The notes beneath the pieces were generated by a model that was not told where the DNA came from, did not search any database, and was given only the letters and a program-made list of their open reading frames with translations. A program made the translations under genes and the position numbers. DNA of 52,238 nt from Candidatus Falkowbacteria bacterium LH_S3 (lineage in GTDB: Bacteria > Patescibacteriota > Patescibacteriia > Patescibacteriales > JAGXOH01): assembly GCA_023659985.1 (NCBI GenBank), contig JAGXOH010000001.1:1-52238 (forward strand), given 5' to 3'. Shown here one piece after another: positions 1-9,173 of the stretch. Within the stretch, counting starts at the first letter, position 1. Every line of letters begins with the position of its first letter.

Positions 1-250
1 TTTGGATTTTGGATTTCATTCAAATTTTGGTTTTAAGTTTTGACTTTTGGTTTTGCGTTTTGAACTTTGAATTTTGCGTTTCAACCATATTTTAATTTGG
101 TTTTGACTTTTGACTTTTGGTTTTGACTTTTGACTTTTGAGTTTTGAGTTTCAATTATATTTAATTTGGCATTAGGATTTTGGATTTTGGATTTCATTTA
201 AATTTTGGATTTCATTTAAATTTTGGATTTTGGATTTCATTTGATATTAT
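1..250. repeat. Family-A intergenic repeat array (T-tract heptamers TTTTGAC/TTTTGGA plus GGCATTAGGATTTTGGATTTCATT modules), forward orientation, cut by the window edge
   Basis: Read directly. The same word set recurs at 1411-1690 (inverted), 8531-8870, 22121-22228, 22328-22428 and 23740-23900. Confidence 0.85.
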
Positions 251-251
251 T

Positions 252-1361
252 TCATAATTTCCTATAACTTGTTGAACGACCTTGTCCAATCCGCTCAATC
301 TTTTTGAGACGCATTAATTTATCAATTGCCTGCCTAACAGTAGCATAAGCAACTTTTGTTTTTTTAGAAATTTCTCGTGGCGTGGCTCTATCAGTTTTTT
401 GAATGTAATCCCAAACAGCAAGTTGCTTCTTGGTAAGTAATCGTTCAATGTTCTCTTTAGAAAGCAAGTCAATGGCCATCTCTGATTGTTTTAAGAAAAT
501 GGTTAAAAAGAAATCCAGCCACGGAATAATATTTTCGTATCCTGTCTTATCCGCCGTTGCTAAAGCTTTGGCAAATAAAAATGTTTTTTGGCTTTTGCGA
601 AGTGCCACATAATACTCTGCCTTGTTATTTTCAATCAGCTTTTCATGCGAAACATAAGGCATATACCCATATCCTTCTTTTAGAAGCAACAGATTGGTTA
701 AAACACGGCTAAGCCGTCCATTACCATCTTTAAATGGATGAATTTGCAAAAACTCAACAAGGAAATTACCTACAATAAGAAGTGTATGATATTTTTTCTC
801 GGCAATGGCTTCTTGAGTCCACTCAATTAATTCCTGCATTTCTTTTGGCACAAGATAAGCCGGTGTGGTATCAAAAAGAACGCCAATAGATTCACCAGCC
901 GCGTTAATCATATGCACTTTATTCTCTTCTTTTTTGTAATCGCCTCTGTGAAGTTTATCTTTCTTTACATACTTTAAAAGCTCTTTGTGAAAATGCTTGA
1001 TAGTGTTCTCTGAAAACTTGAGAGATTTCCAAGAACCAAAAACATTTTCAAGCAATTCAAAATAACCTTTCGCTTCTTGCTTATCGCGATCAGTGAATTT
1101 TTGAATATCAATACCACGCATCAGTTTTTCAACATCCTCATCAGAAAGCTTAGCGCCTTCAATACGAGTAGAAGCGCCTGTTGAGGTAATCAAAACTGAC
1201 TGCTTGAGATTGCCTAAAACTTGAGGAGAAAACTGCGCCCCGGCAATCCATTGTCCTTTTAGTTCATCAATTTTTGTTATTTTTGACCAAATTTCAGCTG
1301 GTATCTGCTGAAGCCGTTGCTCTAACCTGCTCCGTTGTTTGAATTTATTATTTTTTGTCAT
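252..1361 (-). CDS. Fic/DOC family protein (probable AMPylase) with N-terminal inhibitory helix and C-terminal winged helix
   Basis: Canonical Fic motif HPFKDGNGRLSR. Auto-inhibition motif (S/T)xxxE(G/N) is present as STRIEG. C-terminal wHTH-like segment ATPREISKKTKVAYATVRQAIDKL. Confidence 0.9.
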   Translation of the reverse strand: MTKNNKFKQRSRLEQRLQQIPAEIWSKITKIDELKGQWIAGAQFSPQVLGNLKQSVLITSTGASTRIEGAKLSDEDVEKLMRGIDIQKFTDRDKQEAKGYFELLENVFGSWKSLKFSENTIKHFHKELLKYVKKDKLHRGDYKKEENKVHMINAAGESIGVLFDTTPAYLVPKEMQELIEWTQEAIAEKKYHTLLIVGNFLVEFLQIHPFKDGNGRLSRVLTNLLLLKEGYGYMPYVSHEKLIENNKAEYYVALRKSQKTFLFAKALATADKTGYENIIPWLDFFLTIFLKQSEMAIDLLSKENIERLLTKKQLAVWDYIQKTDRATPREISKKTKVAYATVRQAIDKLMRLKKIERIGQGRSTSYRKL

Positions 1362-1383
1362 AATTATAATTCAATATATCAAC

Positions 1384-1403
1384 TATAGCGGATTATAGCG
1401 GAT
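1384..1403. promoter_or_regulatory. Tandem 10-bp repeat TATAGCGGAT x2 just upstream of the fic start; possible operator
   Basis: Two perfect adjacent copies, followed by a partial TAT, lie 23 bp from the fic ATG. Confidence 0.35.
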
Positions 1404-1410
1404 TATTAAA

Positions 1411-1690
1411 ATGAATTCAAATTAAATATCAAATACTTAATAAAATCCAAAATCCAAAGCTCAAATGTCAAATTAAATATCAAAACTTAAAACTTAAAGC
1501 TAAAAGCTACAACTTAAAACTCAAAACTTCTACTTACTAAAATCCAAAGCTCAAATACTTAATAAAATCCTAATGACAAAATCCTAATGACAAATGAAGG
1601 TCAAATGACTAAATGTCAAATGTCAAATTAAATATCAAAACTTAAAACTTAAAGCTAAAAACTACAACTTACAACTTAAAACTTCTATTT
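1411..1690. repeat. Family-A repeat array, inverted orientation relative to 1-250
   Basis: Reverse-complement words (AAAATCCAAAATCC, GTCAAATG, AAAACTTAAAACT, AAATCCTAATGACAAA) mirror the array at 1-250. Confidence 0.85.
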
Positions 1691-1696
1691 AATAAA

Positions 1697-1795
1697 AATA
1701 ATGTCAACTCTAAATTTTATGCTTAATGCCGGATGCCGAAAGCATCAGGCGTTCAACATTCAACATTCAACAATTTTGGGGAAAGCAAAGTTTCT
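1697..1795. repeat. Family-B modular 3'-end repeat
   Basis: Modules ATGTCAACTCTAAATTTTATG, hairpin GCCGGATGC-CGAAA-GCATCAGGC, CAACATT heptamers and TTTTGGGGAAAGCAAA. Shared with 14390-14625, 25629-25790 and 50381-50520. Lies directly downstream of tRNA-Leu. Confidence 0.8.
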
Positions 1796-1880
1796 TGGTG
1801 CGGACGGTGGGATTTGAACCCACACAGGATACCCCACGTGGTCCTAAACCACGCGCGTCTACCAATTCCGCCACGTCCGC
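1796..1880 (-). tRNA. tRNA-Leu (anticodon TAG), CCA encoded
   Basis: The reverse complement GCGGACGTGGCGGAATTGGTAGACGC...GGTTCAAATCCCACCGTCCGCACCA folds as a class II cloverleaf. The anticodon loop is TTTAGGA and there is a long variable arm. Confidence 0.93.
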
Positions 1881-2015
1881 AAACAGGTTAATCAAAAAGC
1901 TCTGATCAAATAAATCAATAATATTCATCTCTATTTTTATCTATTTTCCTAGTGTTGTCAAATTGTGTTATAATTAAAATACTAAATTATAAAATAATAA
2001 TTAATCTTTAAACTT

Positions 2016-2351
2016 ATGGCCAGACAACAAGTTACTCAAAAAAAAGCGGCTGACAATAAAGACGTTAAAGAAAATACATATACTGCCGCTCTTTCCTATG
2101 TATGGATCCTATGCTTAGTTCCTTTATTTGGCAAACGGGATTCAAAATTTACACAATTCCACGCCAAACAAGGCTTGATTCTCTTTGCTATTGAGATTGT
2201 GGGCGGATTATTTTTCTGGGTCCCTATATTAGGACCACTTTTATTCTTGACATTGATGGTTATTTCCCTAATCGGTGTTCTTAAAGCCTTGAACGGCAAA
2301 TGGTGGAAAATACCTTATATCTACAAATGGAGTCAAAAAATCAAACTATAA
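2016..2351 (+). CDS. Small integral membrane protein (DUF4870/Tic20-like layout)
   Basis: 111 aa with three hydrophobic helices. The FHAKQGL motif follows the first helix. No enzymatic motif seen. Confidence 0.5.
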   Translation: MARQQVTQKKAADNKDVKENTYTAALSYVWILCLVPLFGKRDSKFTQFHAKQGLILFAIEIVGGLFFWVPILGPLLFLTLMVISLIGVLKALNGKWWKIPYIYKWSQKIKL

Positions 2352-2413
2352 AAACACTTGTGTAATAGACATTGCAAAAAAAACTGCTTTAATTATTGCT
2401 CATTACTATTTTT

Positions 2414-4798
2414 ATGTCCAAACTTATAAAATTCTTTGAAGAACTCAACAATAAAAATGTAGATAAAGTTGGAGGCAAAAACGCCTCTTTAGGTGAAATG
2501 TATTCCCAGCTTAAAAAAGAGGGGATGAAAGTTCCTAACGGTTTTGCTACTACTTCAGATGCCTATAGACATTTTATAAAACAATCCGGATTGGAAAAAA
2601 AGATTCGCAATATCCTTAAAGGTTTGGATACTGGCAATGTTAATAATTTAATGAAAAAAGGAGAGCGATTGCGAAAAACAATAATGAAAGCCCACATCCC
2701 CAAAGATCTGGAAAATGAAATCAAAGAATCTTATAAAAAACTATCCAAGCAATCCAAAACAAAAAATTTAGACGTAGCGGTTCGTTCTTCAGCTACAGCT
2801 GAAGATTTGCCAACAGCTTCCTTTGCCGGTCAACAAGAAACTTACTTAAATATCAGAGGAGAGGAAGAATTGTTAAAAGCTGTTAAGCGCTGTATTACTT
2901 CTTTGTTCACCACCCGAGCTATCTCTTACAGGGAAGATAAGGGGTTTGATCACTTTGATATTGCCCTATCAGTAGGAATACAAAAGATGATCCGAGCTGA
3001 CAAAGGTTCTTCAGGTGTAATGTTTACCATAGATACTGAATCCGGATTTCAAAACGCGATTTTTATTACCTCTATTTACGGACTGGGAGAAAATATAGTT
3101 CAAGGTAAGGTTAATCCGGATGAATTTTACGTCTTTAAACCAACAGGTGCTATTATCTCCAGTAAAATAGGCACTAAGAGCTTAAAAATGATCTACAATA
3201 AAAGCGTTGACAATCCTGTTCGCAATATAAAAGTAAATCAAAAAGACAGAAACAAACAATCCATAACAGATGACCAAATAAAACAACTGGCTAAATGGGG
3301 AATGCTCATTGAAAAACATTACGGCAAGCCCATGGACATAGAATGGGCTTATGACGGAAAAGAAAAACAATTGTATATTATTCAGGCAAGACCGGAAACA
3401 GTTCATAGCAATGGAAATCCCAATGTTATAAAAAAATATAAAATGAAAACGGGTGGCGAAATTATTACTGTTGGTCAAAGTGTGGGAACCCGAATCGGCA
3501 CCGGTACAGCCAATCGAATAATGAATGTATCTGACATTAAAAAATTTAAGAAAGGACAAGTCTTGGTAACCAGTATGACAGACCCTGATTGGGAACCAAT
3601 AATGAAGATAGCTTCTGCTATTGTGACTGATCAAGGAGGGAGAACTTGCCATGCTGCCATTGTTTCCAGGGAATTAGGCACCCCCTGTATCGTGGGCACT
3701 GAAGATGCTTCAGAAAAGATTAAAAACAAAAGTAAAGTAACTGTTGATTGTTCACAAGGAGAAAAAGGATATATTTACAAAGGAGAATTGGATTACGCAA
3801 TTGAAAAAACCAATATTAAAAACTTGAAACGACCCCAAACCAAAATAATGATGAATATCGGGGAACCGGATTTGGCTTTTAAAACATCCTTCACCCCTAA
3901 TGACGGCATTGGTTTAGCCAGGTTGGAATTTATTATTAATAATTATATCAAAGTTCATCCTTTAGCTTTGGTGGATTACCCTAAACTCAAAGACAAAAAA
4001 TTAAAAAAAGAAATTGATGAAATATCTAAAGGATATTCAAATAAAAAACAATTCTTTATTGATAAATTAAGCGAAGGCATAGCCTCTATCACAGCCTCGG
4101 TTTATCCTAAAGATGTTATTATCAGATTATCAGATTTTAAAACCAATGAATACGCCAACTTAGTAGGAGGCGAAAAGTATGAACTAAAAGAATCCAATCC
4201 TATGATGGGTTGGAGAGGAGCTAGTCGTTTCTATTCTGAGGAATTTCTTCCAGCGTTTGAAATGGAGTGCGCAGCTATGAAAAAAGTAAGGGAAGATATG
4301 GGGCTTAATAACTTAAAAACAATGGTCCCATTCTGCCGCACCCCGGAAGAAGGTAAAAAGGTTATTTCTATAATGAAAAAAAACGGGTTAAAACAAGGTA
4401 AAAACCATCTAGAGGTGTATGTAATGGCGGAAATCCCTTCTAATATCATTTTAGCTGAAGAATTTGCTAAGATATTTGACGGCTTCTCTATCGGAACCAA
4501 TGACCTCACTCAATTCACCTTAGGTATAGACAGAGATGCAGGCAACTCTTTACAGATAGCTGGTACGGATAACGCCAAGAATGAAGCTGTGAAAGATTCT
4601 ATAAAAAAACTTATTAAAGTAGCCAAAAAGAGAAAGAAAAAAGTCGGTATTTGCGGTCAAGCTCCCAGTGACTTTCCTGAATTTAATGAATTTTTAGTAG
4701 AAACCGGTATTGATAGTATTTCCTTGATACCAGACACTGTATTAAAAACCACGGTAATGGTTAACAAAAAAGAAGCTCGATTAAAAAAGAAAAAATGA
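2414..4798 (+). CDS. ppsA: Phosphoenolpyruvate synthase (pyruvate, water dikinase)
   Basis: ATP-grasp N-terminus, swivel-domain phosphohistidine motif GGRTCHAAIVSRELG, and PEP-utilizer C-terminus with GICGQAPS. I prefer the ATG at 2414 (MSKLIKFF) to the TTG at 2396. Confidence 0.92.
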   Translation: MSKLIKFFEELNNKNVDKVGGKNASLGEMYSQLKKEGMKVPNGFATTSDAYRHFIKQSGLEKKIRNILKGLDTGNVNNLMKKGERLRKTIMKAHIPKDLENEIKESYKKLSKQSKTKNLDVAVRSSATAEDLPTASFAGQQETYLNIRGEEELLKAVKRCITSLFTTRAISYREDKGFDHFDIALSVGIQKMIRADKGSSGVMFTIDTESGFQNAIFITSIYGLGENIVQGKVNPDEFYVFKPTGAIISSKIGTKSLKMIYNKSVDNPVRNIKVNQKDRNKQSITDDQIKQLAKWGMLIEKHYGKPMDIEWAYDGKEKQLYIIQARPETVHSNGNPNVIKKYKMKTGGEIITVGQSVGTRIGTGTANRIMNVSDIKKFKKGQVLVTSMTDPDWEPIMKIASAIVTDQGGRTCHAAIVSRELGTPCIVGTEDASEKIKNKSKVTVDCSQGEKGYIYKGELDYAIEKTNIKNLKRPQTKIMMNIGEPDLAFKTSFTPNDGIGLARLEFIINNYIKVHPLALVDYPKLKDKKLKKEIDEISKGYSNKKQFFIDKLSEGIASITASVYPKDVIIRLSDFKTNEYANLVGGEKYELKESNPMMGWRGASRFYSEEFLPAFEMECAAMKKVREDMGLNNLKTMVPFCRTPEEGKKVISIMKKNGLKQGKNHLEVYVMAEIPSNIILAEEFAKIFDGFSIGTNDLTQFTLGIDRDAGNSLQIAGTDNAKNEAVKDSIKKLIKVAKKRKKKVGICGQAPSDFPEFNEFLVETGIDSISLIPDTVLKTTVMVNKKEARLKKKK

Positions 4799-4856
4799 CA
4801 TCAAAAAAATCGCCAAAAAAATTGAGCAGGGAGTTTTTTATTTAAACCAATAAAAA

Positions 4857-5957
4857 TTAATCTAATAAATTAAATATTGCCTTTTCCTTAACTCTTTCAT
4901 ACCCCTCTAATTCGTTTAAACGCGATCTTTGTTTGTTCAAAAGATCTTCTTTAATCTCATCTCTGGTCTTACCTACGAATGATTCAATATTTTCTTCAAC
5001 TAACTCTCCCATTCCTTTATTTAAAAAGTCGGATATTTGAGAATAATTCTGCTTATCAGTATTGTACTTTTCAGCAAGAAGTTCTACTCTATTTACAGCC
5101 TTGTCAATAAAGGATCTTGTATCTGCTATTTCAACCCAAATATCTTGTAATTCTTTTAATGCACTCTCTTTTTTAAAATATTCCTTCCCCTCCTCGGAAT
5201 TAGCCAAATCCTTTAACACTTGAAAAGCCTCTCCGAATTTAGCCACTCCTACATCCAAATTAGGCTTCACTTTAAAATCGTCTAGTAACCTATCTTTTAT
5301 TTCACTGTTTGCAAATATACTTTTTAGTTGTTCAACTTTTTTGTCAACCTCACTTTCCTCAGATTCGTCAACCTCACTTTCCTCAGGTTCTAAAAAACCG
5401 GATATTTCATCTCCTCCATGCCTAAAAGCTCTAATATCTGCCTGTTTCGTGGCATCACCGGCATCTTTTAATAACCTATCTCCTTCTTGGTGTCCTAATT
5501 TATTCACAAGGCCTAAATAAGAAACATCAGCTAACATCACAAAAATATTTTGCTCCCAGAGAGCTTCCTCTTTTTGCTTTAATCTATCAAATAATTCTTG
5601 ATTGGATAATTCTTTTACATCCTGAATGCTAAGAATAGAGACTATTTTATCTGATATCGTTTTGTACATATCGTCCCTTTTTTCCAAGCCGGTTACACTA
5701 TCTATTTTTTTCTCTTCTATCTCTGCAATCGCCTCCTCCCTTTTACTGTTAGACTCTTCCAAATCTTCTGCCTCCTCCATTCTTTCATCTACCCATTCTT
5801 TTTTAAACTGTTCAAATTCTTGTTCTGTCATCTTATTTTTAAGCTGACTCTTAGTTTTATCAAATTCTTGCTCAAAATCTTTTCTGGCAAGATCTTTCTT
5901 TTTTTGTTCTTGGGAAATACCCATATCCTTGTCAGGAAAATTTTCTGGGTTAGACAT
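4857..5957 (-). CDS. Divergent GGDEF-like nucleotidyl cyclase domain protein (signature GGDEI) with charged coiled-coil N-terminus
   Basis: VMLADVSYLGLVNKLGHQEGDRLL matches the DxxxFKxxNDxxGHxxGD layout. RHGGDEISGFL sits at the GGDEF position. An acidic repeat (ESEVD) is inserted after the signature. Confidence 0.6.
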   Translation of the reverse strand: MSNPENFPDKDMGISQEQKKKDLARKDFEQEFDKTKSQLKNKMTEQEFEQFKKEWVDERMEEAEDLEESNSKREEAIAEIEEKKIDSVTGLEKRDDMYKTISDKIVSILSIQDVKELSNQELFDRLKQKEEALWEQNIFVMLADVSYLGLVNKLGHQEGDRLLKDAGDATKQADIRAFRHGGDEISGFLEPEESEVDESEESEVDKKVEQLKSIFANSEIKDRLLDDFKVKPNLDVGVAKFGEAFQVLKDLANSEEGKEYFKKESALKELQDIWVEIADTRSFIDKAVNRVELLAEKYNTDKQNYSQISDFLNKGMGELVEENIESFVGKTRDEIKEDLLNKQRSRLNELEGYERVKEKAIFNLLD

Positions 5958-5968
5958 AAAGAGAATTT

Positions 5969-7039
5969 TTATAATTTTTTATTAGCTAAAAATGTTAAAT
6001 CTTTTAAATTATTAAACTGTTTTTGTTTTGCTTTAAAATATCCGGCAGTAGCTATCATAGCTGCATTATCAGTAGTAAATTCAAATAAGGGGATAAACAA
6101 ATTAATGTCTTTGCATTCTTTTTTTATTTTATCACTAATATCCTGTCGTAATTTTTGATTGGCTGTTACTCCTCCGGCAAGCATTAGGGTTTTGGCATTT
6201 TTATCTTTAACCGCTTTTAAAGTTTTAGTTATCAAAACATCAATAATAGCTTGTTGGAATTCATAGCAATAATAAGATATTTTGTTGCGCCATTCACTGT
6301 CTTTCCGCAATTGATAGAGTAAGGATGTTTTTAGCCCTGAAAAAGAAAAATCATAATCAGGCGTATTATTCATCGGTCTTGGCAATGCCAAGGAGCTCCA
6401 CATCCCTTCTCTATGGTTTATTATATATTCTTGAGCTTTTTCAGAGATCACCGGCCCTCCAGGATAACCAAGTTCCATTAATTGAGCAGCTTTATCAAAA
6501 GCTTCACCAGCAGCATCATCCCTGGTAGTTCCCAAAACTTCATAATCTCCATGATCTTTCATAAAAACCAACATAGTATGCCCACCTGAAACAGTTAACA
6601 CTACAACAGGAAACTCAATATTGGATTCAATATAATCACCAATAAAATTAGCATAAATATGCCCTTCAATATGATTGATCCCTATAATAGGGATATCCCA
6701 AGCAAAAGACAATGCTTTAGCAGTTTCTATTCCTGTCATAAGAGAAGTTACAAGCCCAGGCCCTACAGTAACAGCTAAAGCTTGAATATATTGAGATATA
6801 TTATCCCTACTTACCCCTGACTCTTTAATAGCCTCATCAAGAACCGGAATAACATTAACTACATGTTCACGAGCAGCCACTTCAGGAATAACTCCGCTAT
6901 ATTTTTTATGAATATTTATTTGAGAAGAAACTGCGTTAGATAATACTTTTATCCTTTTATCGTCGCCTTTAATAATAGAAACAGCTGTTTCATCACAACT
7001 GGTTTCAATACCTAAAATCCTTTTTGATTCTTGACTCAT
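5969..7039 (-). CDS. tsaD: tRNA N6-adenosine threonylcarbamoyltransferase
   Basis: ILGIETSCDETAVSII N-terminus, metal-binding HIEGH, and Kae1/Gcp architecture throughout. Confidence 0.93.
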   Translation of the reverse strand: MSQESKRILGIETSCDETAVSIIKGDDKRIKVLSNAVSSQINIHKKYSGVIPEVAAREHVVNVIPVLDEAIKESGVSRDNISQYIQALAVTVGPGLVTSLMTGIETAKALSFAWDIPIIGINHIEGHIYANFIGDYIESNIEFPVVVLTVSGGHTMLVFMKDHGDYEVLGTTRDDAAGEAFDKAAQLMELGYPGGPVISEKAQEYIINHREGMWSSLALPRPMNNTPDYDFSFSGLKTSLLYQLRKDSEWRNKISYYCYEFQQAIIDVLITKTLKAVKDKNAKTLMLAGGVTANQKLRQDISDKIKKECKDINLFIPLFEFTTDNAAMIATAGYFKAKQKQFNNLKDLTFLANKKL

Positions 7040-7205
7040 ATATAAATTTTCTTTATACTTATTTTAATAAATGTAAAATGAACTTTAAAAATAGACTATT
7101 TCTTGTATAGCTTCGGTTACCCCGTTCTTTGCCAGAGGCGGGGTTTTATGGCTTTTAAATCACAATAATACATTAAAGTAGTTAAAACAAAACAATTTTT
7201 ATCAA

Positions 7206-7280
7206 GCCGCCATCGTCTAGTGGTTAGGACACCAGGTTTTCATCCTGGTAATCGGGGTTCGATCCCCCGTGGCGGTACCA
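7206..7280 (+). tRNA. tRNA-Glu (anticodon TTC), CCA encoded
   Basis: GCCGCCATCGTCTAGTGGTTAGGAC..CCAGG-TTTTCAT-CCTGG..GGTTCGATCCCCCGTGGCGGTACCA forms a cloverleaf by eye. Confidence 0.92.
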
Positions 7281-7333
7281 AATAGAATTTAATAGTTAGC
7301 TCCTATCTTAAATTCTACTCCTTCTTATAAGGG

Positions 7334-8410
7334 TTATTTTAACTGTTTTTTAAACCAATCCACCCAAGGAATTTCACCAGGATTTACATTGTTTAAAATA
7401 CTCAAATAAAAAGATATCCAACTACCAAGTTGCAACAATTCCATTGATTGTTCTATTTTATCTTTACCTTGTAATTTATATTGTAAAGATTCAATATTAT
7501 TTTTTTCCACCACTTCTTGAGTTAATTTGCTCCTATGTTGCACACGAGCATGATAAAACTTAGAATTAAAAAATAAAAATATCGTCCCGTTTTTGTTTTT
7601 ATTTGGATTTTTTAAGCTTTCTAATAAATAATGATTAAGATCTGGAAGGGGGAAATAAGTAGCGAAATTTTTACTGTTTTCACAAAATTGATTCCTTAAA
7701 GTATGTAAATTACCAATTAAAAATTCTCCTCCTACTAAAACAGGTTGCTTTCCTTTTAATTTGGAAGCTATTTTTTTAGCTACATTATTATCAATTTTAG
7801 TTGTAATAGCTAATTTTTTATTCCAAGTCTCCATTTTAACCGCCACTTCCTTTATCTTAATATCATCAATATTTAAAAAACCGATTTTTTTCAAAAGAAA
7901 CAAAATACCAAAAATTGAATACCCCAATCCCATCCGAGGCTGACCTGAAGGATTGTATTTAGGGTAAAAAATATAACCAGGAATATCATCTTTAATCATT
8001 AATTTTTCCAATTTTCCCCTAGATTTACCACTAGAAGTAATAGCTATTATCTTAGTTTTGGATTGAGCTATTTGCTTATAAGTATTCAAAACCTCTTCTG
8101 TGTTACCAGAGTAAGATGATAATATATACAAAGTTTTATCATCCACAAAAGAAGGAACTTGATAGCCAGGGCAAATATCCAAAGGCACATTTAAATTATC
8201 CGAAAACAGATGCTTAATAATATAAGCGCCTAAATTAGAACCCCCCATACCATTGAGGACTACTTTATTAACATTAGCATAACTCTTGGGAATTTTTATC
8301 AAATCAGAATCAACTAATGTCTGTTTAATTTGCTCTGACAATTTTTCAATTGATTCTGCTATAAAATAAGTATCTTGTTTGCGTATTTTTTGATAATTAT
8401 CTAAATCCAT
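7334..8410 (-). CDS. Bifunctional phosphoglucose/phosphomannose isomerase (SIS domain, archaeal-type PGI/PMI)
   Basis: NGMGGSNLGAYIIK SIS P-loop, a second SIS half, and a C-terminus typical of the bact-PGI_C type. Confidence 0.8.
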   Translation of the reverse strand: MDLDNYQKIRKQDTYFIAESIEKLSEQIKQTLVDSDLIKIPKSYANVNKVVLNGMGGSNLGAYIIKHLFSDNLNVPLDICPGYQVPSFVDDKTLYILSSYSGNTEEVLNTYKQIAQSKTKIIAITSSGKSRGKLEKLMIKDDIPGYIFYPKYNPSGQPRMGLGYSIFGILFLLKKIGFLNIDDIKIKEVAVKMETWNKKLAITTKIDNNVAKKIASKLKGKQPVLVGGEFLIGNLHTLRNQFCENSKNFATYFPLPDLNHYLLESLKNPNKNKNGTIFLFFNSKFYHARVQHRSKLTQEVVEKNNIESLQYKLQGKDKIEQSMELLQLGSWISFYLSILNNVNPGEIPWVDWFKKQLK

Positions 8411-8530
8411 ATTTATTTTGATTATTATATGCTTACTTAGTTTCCAACATTTAACGCAACAGTGTTATTACTAAAAGATTAACATTTTTCCTTATAAAAC
8501 ACAATTTCAATACGACTATTGTCATACAAT

Positions 8531-8870
8531 AAAATCCTAATGACAAAGCTCAAATGTCAAATGAATATCAAATGACTAAATGTCAAATTAAATATCAAAA
8601 CTTAAAGCTTAAAACTACAACTTAAAACTCAAAACTTCTTACTTCTTACTTCTTACTTTTTATTTGGCATTAGGATTTTGGATTTTGGATTTCATCTAAT
8701 TTTTGGTTTTGAGTTTTGCGTTTCAACCATATTTTAATTTGGTTTTAAGTTTTGACTTTGTTTTGACTTTTGACTTTTGACTTTTGAGTTTCAACTATAT
8801 TTCATTTGGCATTAGGATTTTGGATTTCATTTGTCATTAGGATTTGGTCATTGGTCATTAATGTCAAATG
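8531..8870. repeat. Family-A array arranged as a long imperfect palindrome (inverted half 8531-8640, TCTTACT x3 centre, forward half 8664-8870)
   Basis: Read directly. The block is bracketed by a 17-bp direct repeat, ATTTCAATACGACTATT, at 8504-8520 and 8992-9008. Confidence 0.85.
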
Positions 8871-9173
8871 TTGTAACCTTGTAGATTATAAATTAATGGT
8901 AATCAGAGAATAAATCCAAAAATTAATTAAAATCCATCGGTATGACATTTTTAAATTGCTCAGAGGTATGAAATTTCTAAATTGCCTTGACATTTCAATA
9001 CGACTATTTCTTGTATTGATTTGACTTTAAATCCGAAAAGAAACAAAATATAAATAATTGGTCACGAATTCAACTCATCAGTAAAGAAAAACAAAACAAT
9101 ACCATAAATACACAAAATAACTCATCAATCTACTAACTGGCAGAGACATAAATTTAGCTTTAAAACATTAACT

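Noticed and set aside
3182-3652. Antisense or alternate-frame track ORFs nested in well-supported genes. Examples are 430-612, 2096-2299, 3182-3652, 4231-4509, 5626-5847, 5820-6158, 6325-6528, 7761-7943, 11222-11422, 11534-11929, 12327-12515, 15367-15549, 18501-18683, 19239-19430, 20945-21254, 21680-21910, 23169-23387, 24168-24662, 25794-26357, 27492-27740, 28415-28705, 29499-29699, 31847-32035, 36037-36288, 37340-37531, 37833-38036, 38461-38658, 40942-41229, 42016-42201, 42954-43145, 44457-44678, 45332-45809, 46233-46490, 46876-47124, 48881-49138, 50218-50508, 50814-51140 and 51786-52025.
   Set aside because: Each is fully overlapped by a longer ORF with clear family motifs on the other strand or in another frame. 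All have low-complexity, AT-codon-driven translations with no recognisable domains.
4796-4798. Alternative genetic code (UGA or UAG/UAA reassignment) as an explanation for the in-frame stops.
   Set aside because: TGA, TAA and TAG all terminate well-conserved genes at the expected lengths. For example, ppsA ends in TGA and pheA ends in TAG. The two in-frame stops are isolated and lie in accessory ORFs, so pseudogenisation is more parsimonious.
7120-7147. Hairpin CCCCG(14 nt)CGGGG followed by TTTT, considered as a terminator of a small RNA upstream of tRNA-Glu.
   Set aside because: The stem has only 5 bp and the loop is large. There is no supporting promoter evidence beyond the weak ACTATTTCTTGTAT motif.
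8504-8520. AATACGACTAT motif resembling the phage T7 promoter core (TAATACGACTCACTATAG), seen three times (7090-7109, 8504-8520, 8992-9008).
   Set aside because: Only about 9-10 nt match and the initiating GGG region is absent. No single-subunit RNA polymerase gene is in the window. I treat it as coincidence or an ordinary promoter-region motif, and mention it under the 17-bp direct-repeat finding.
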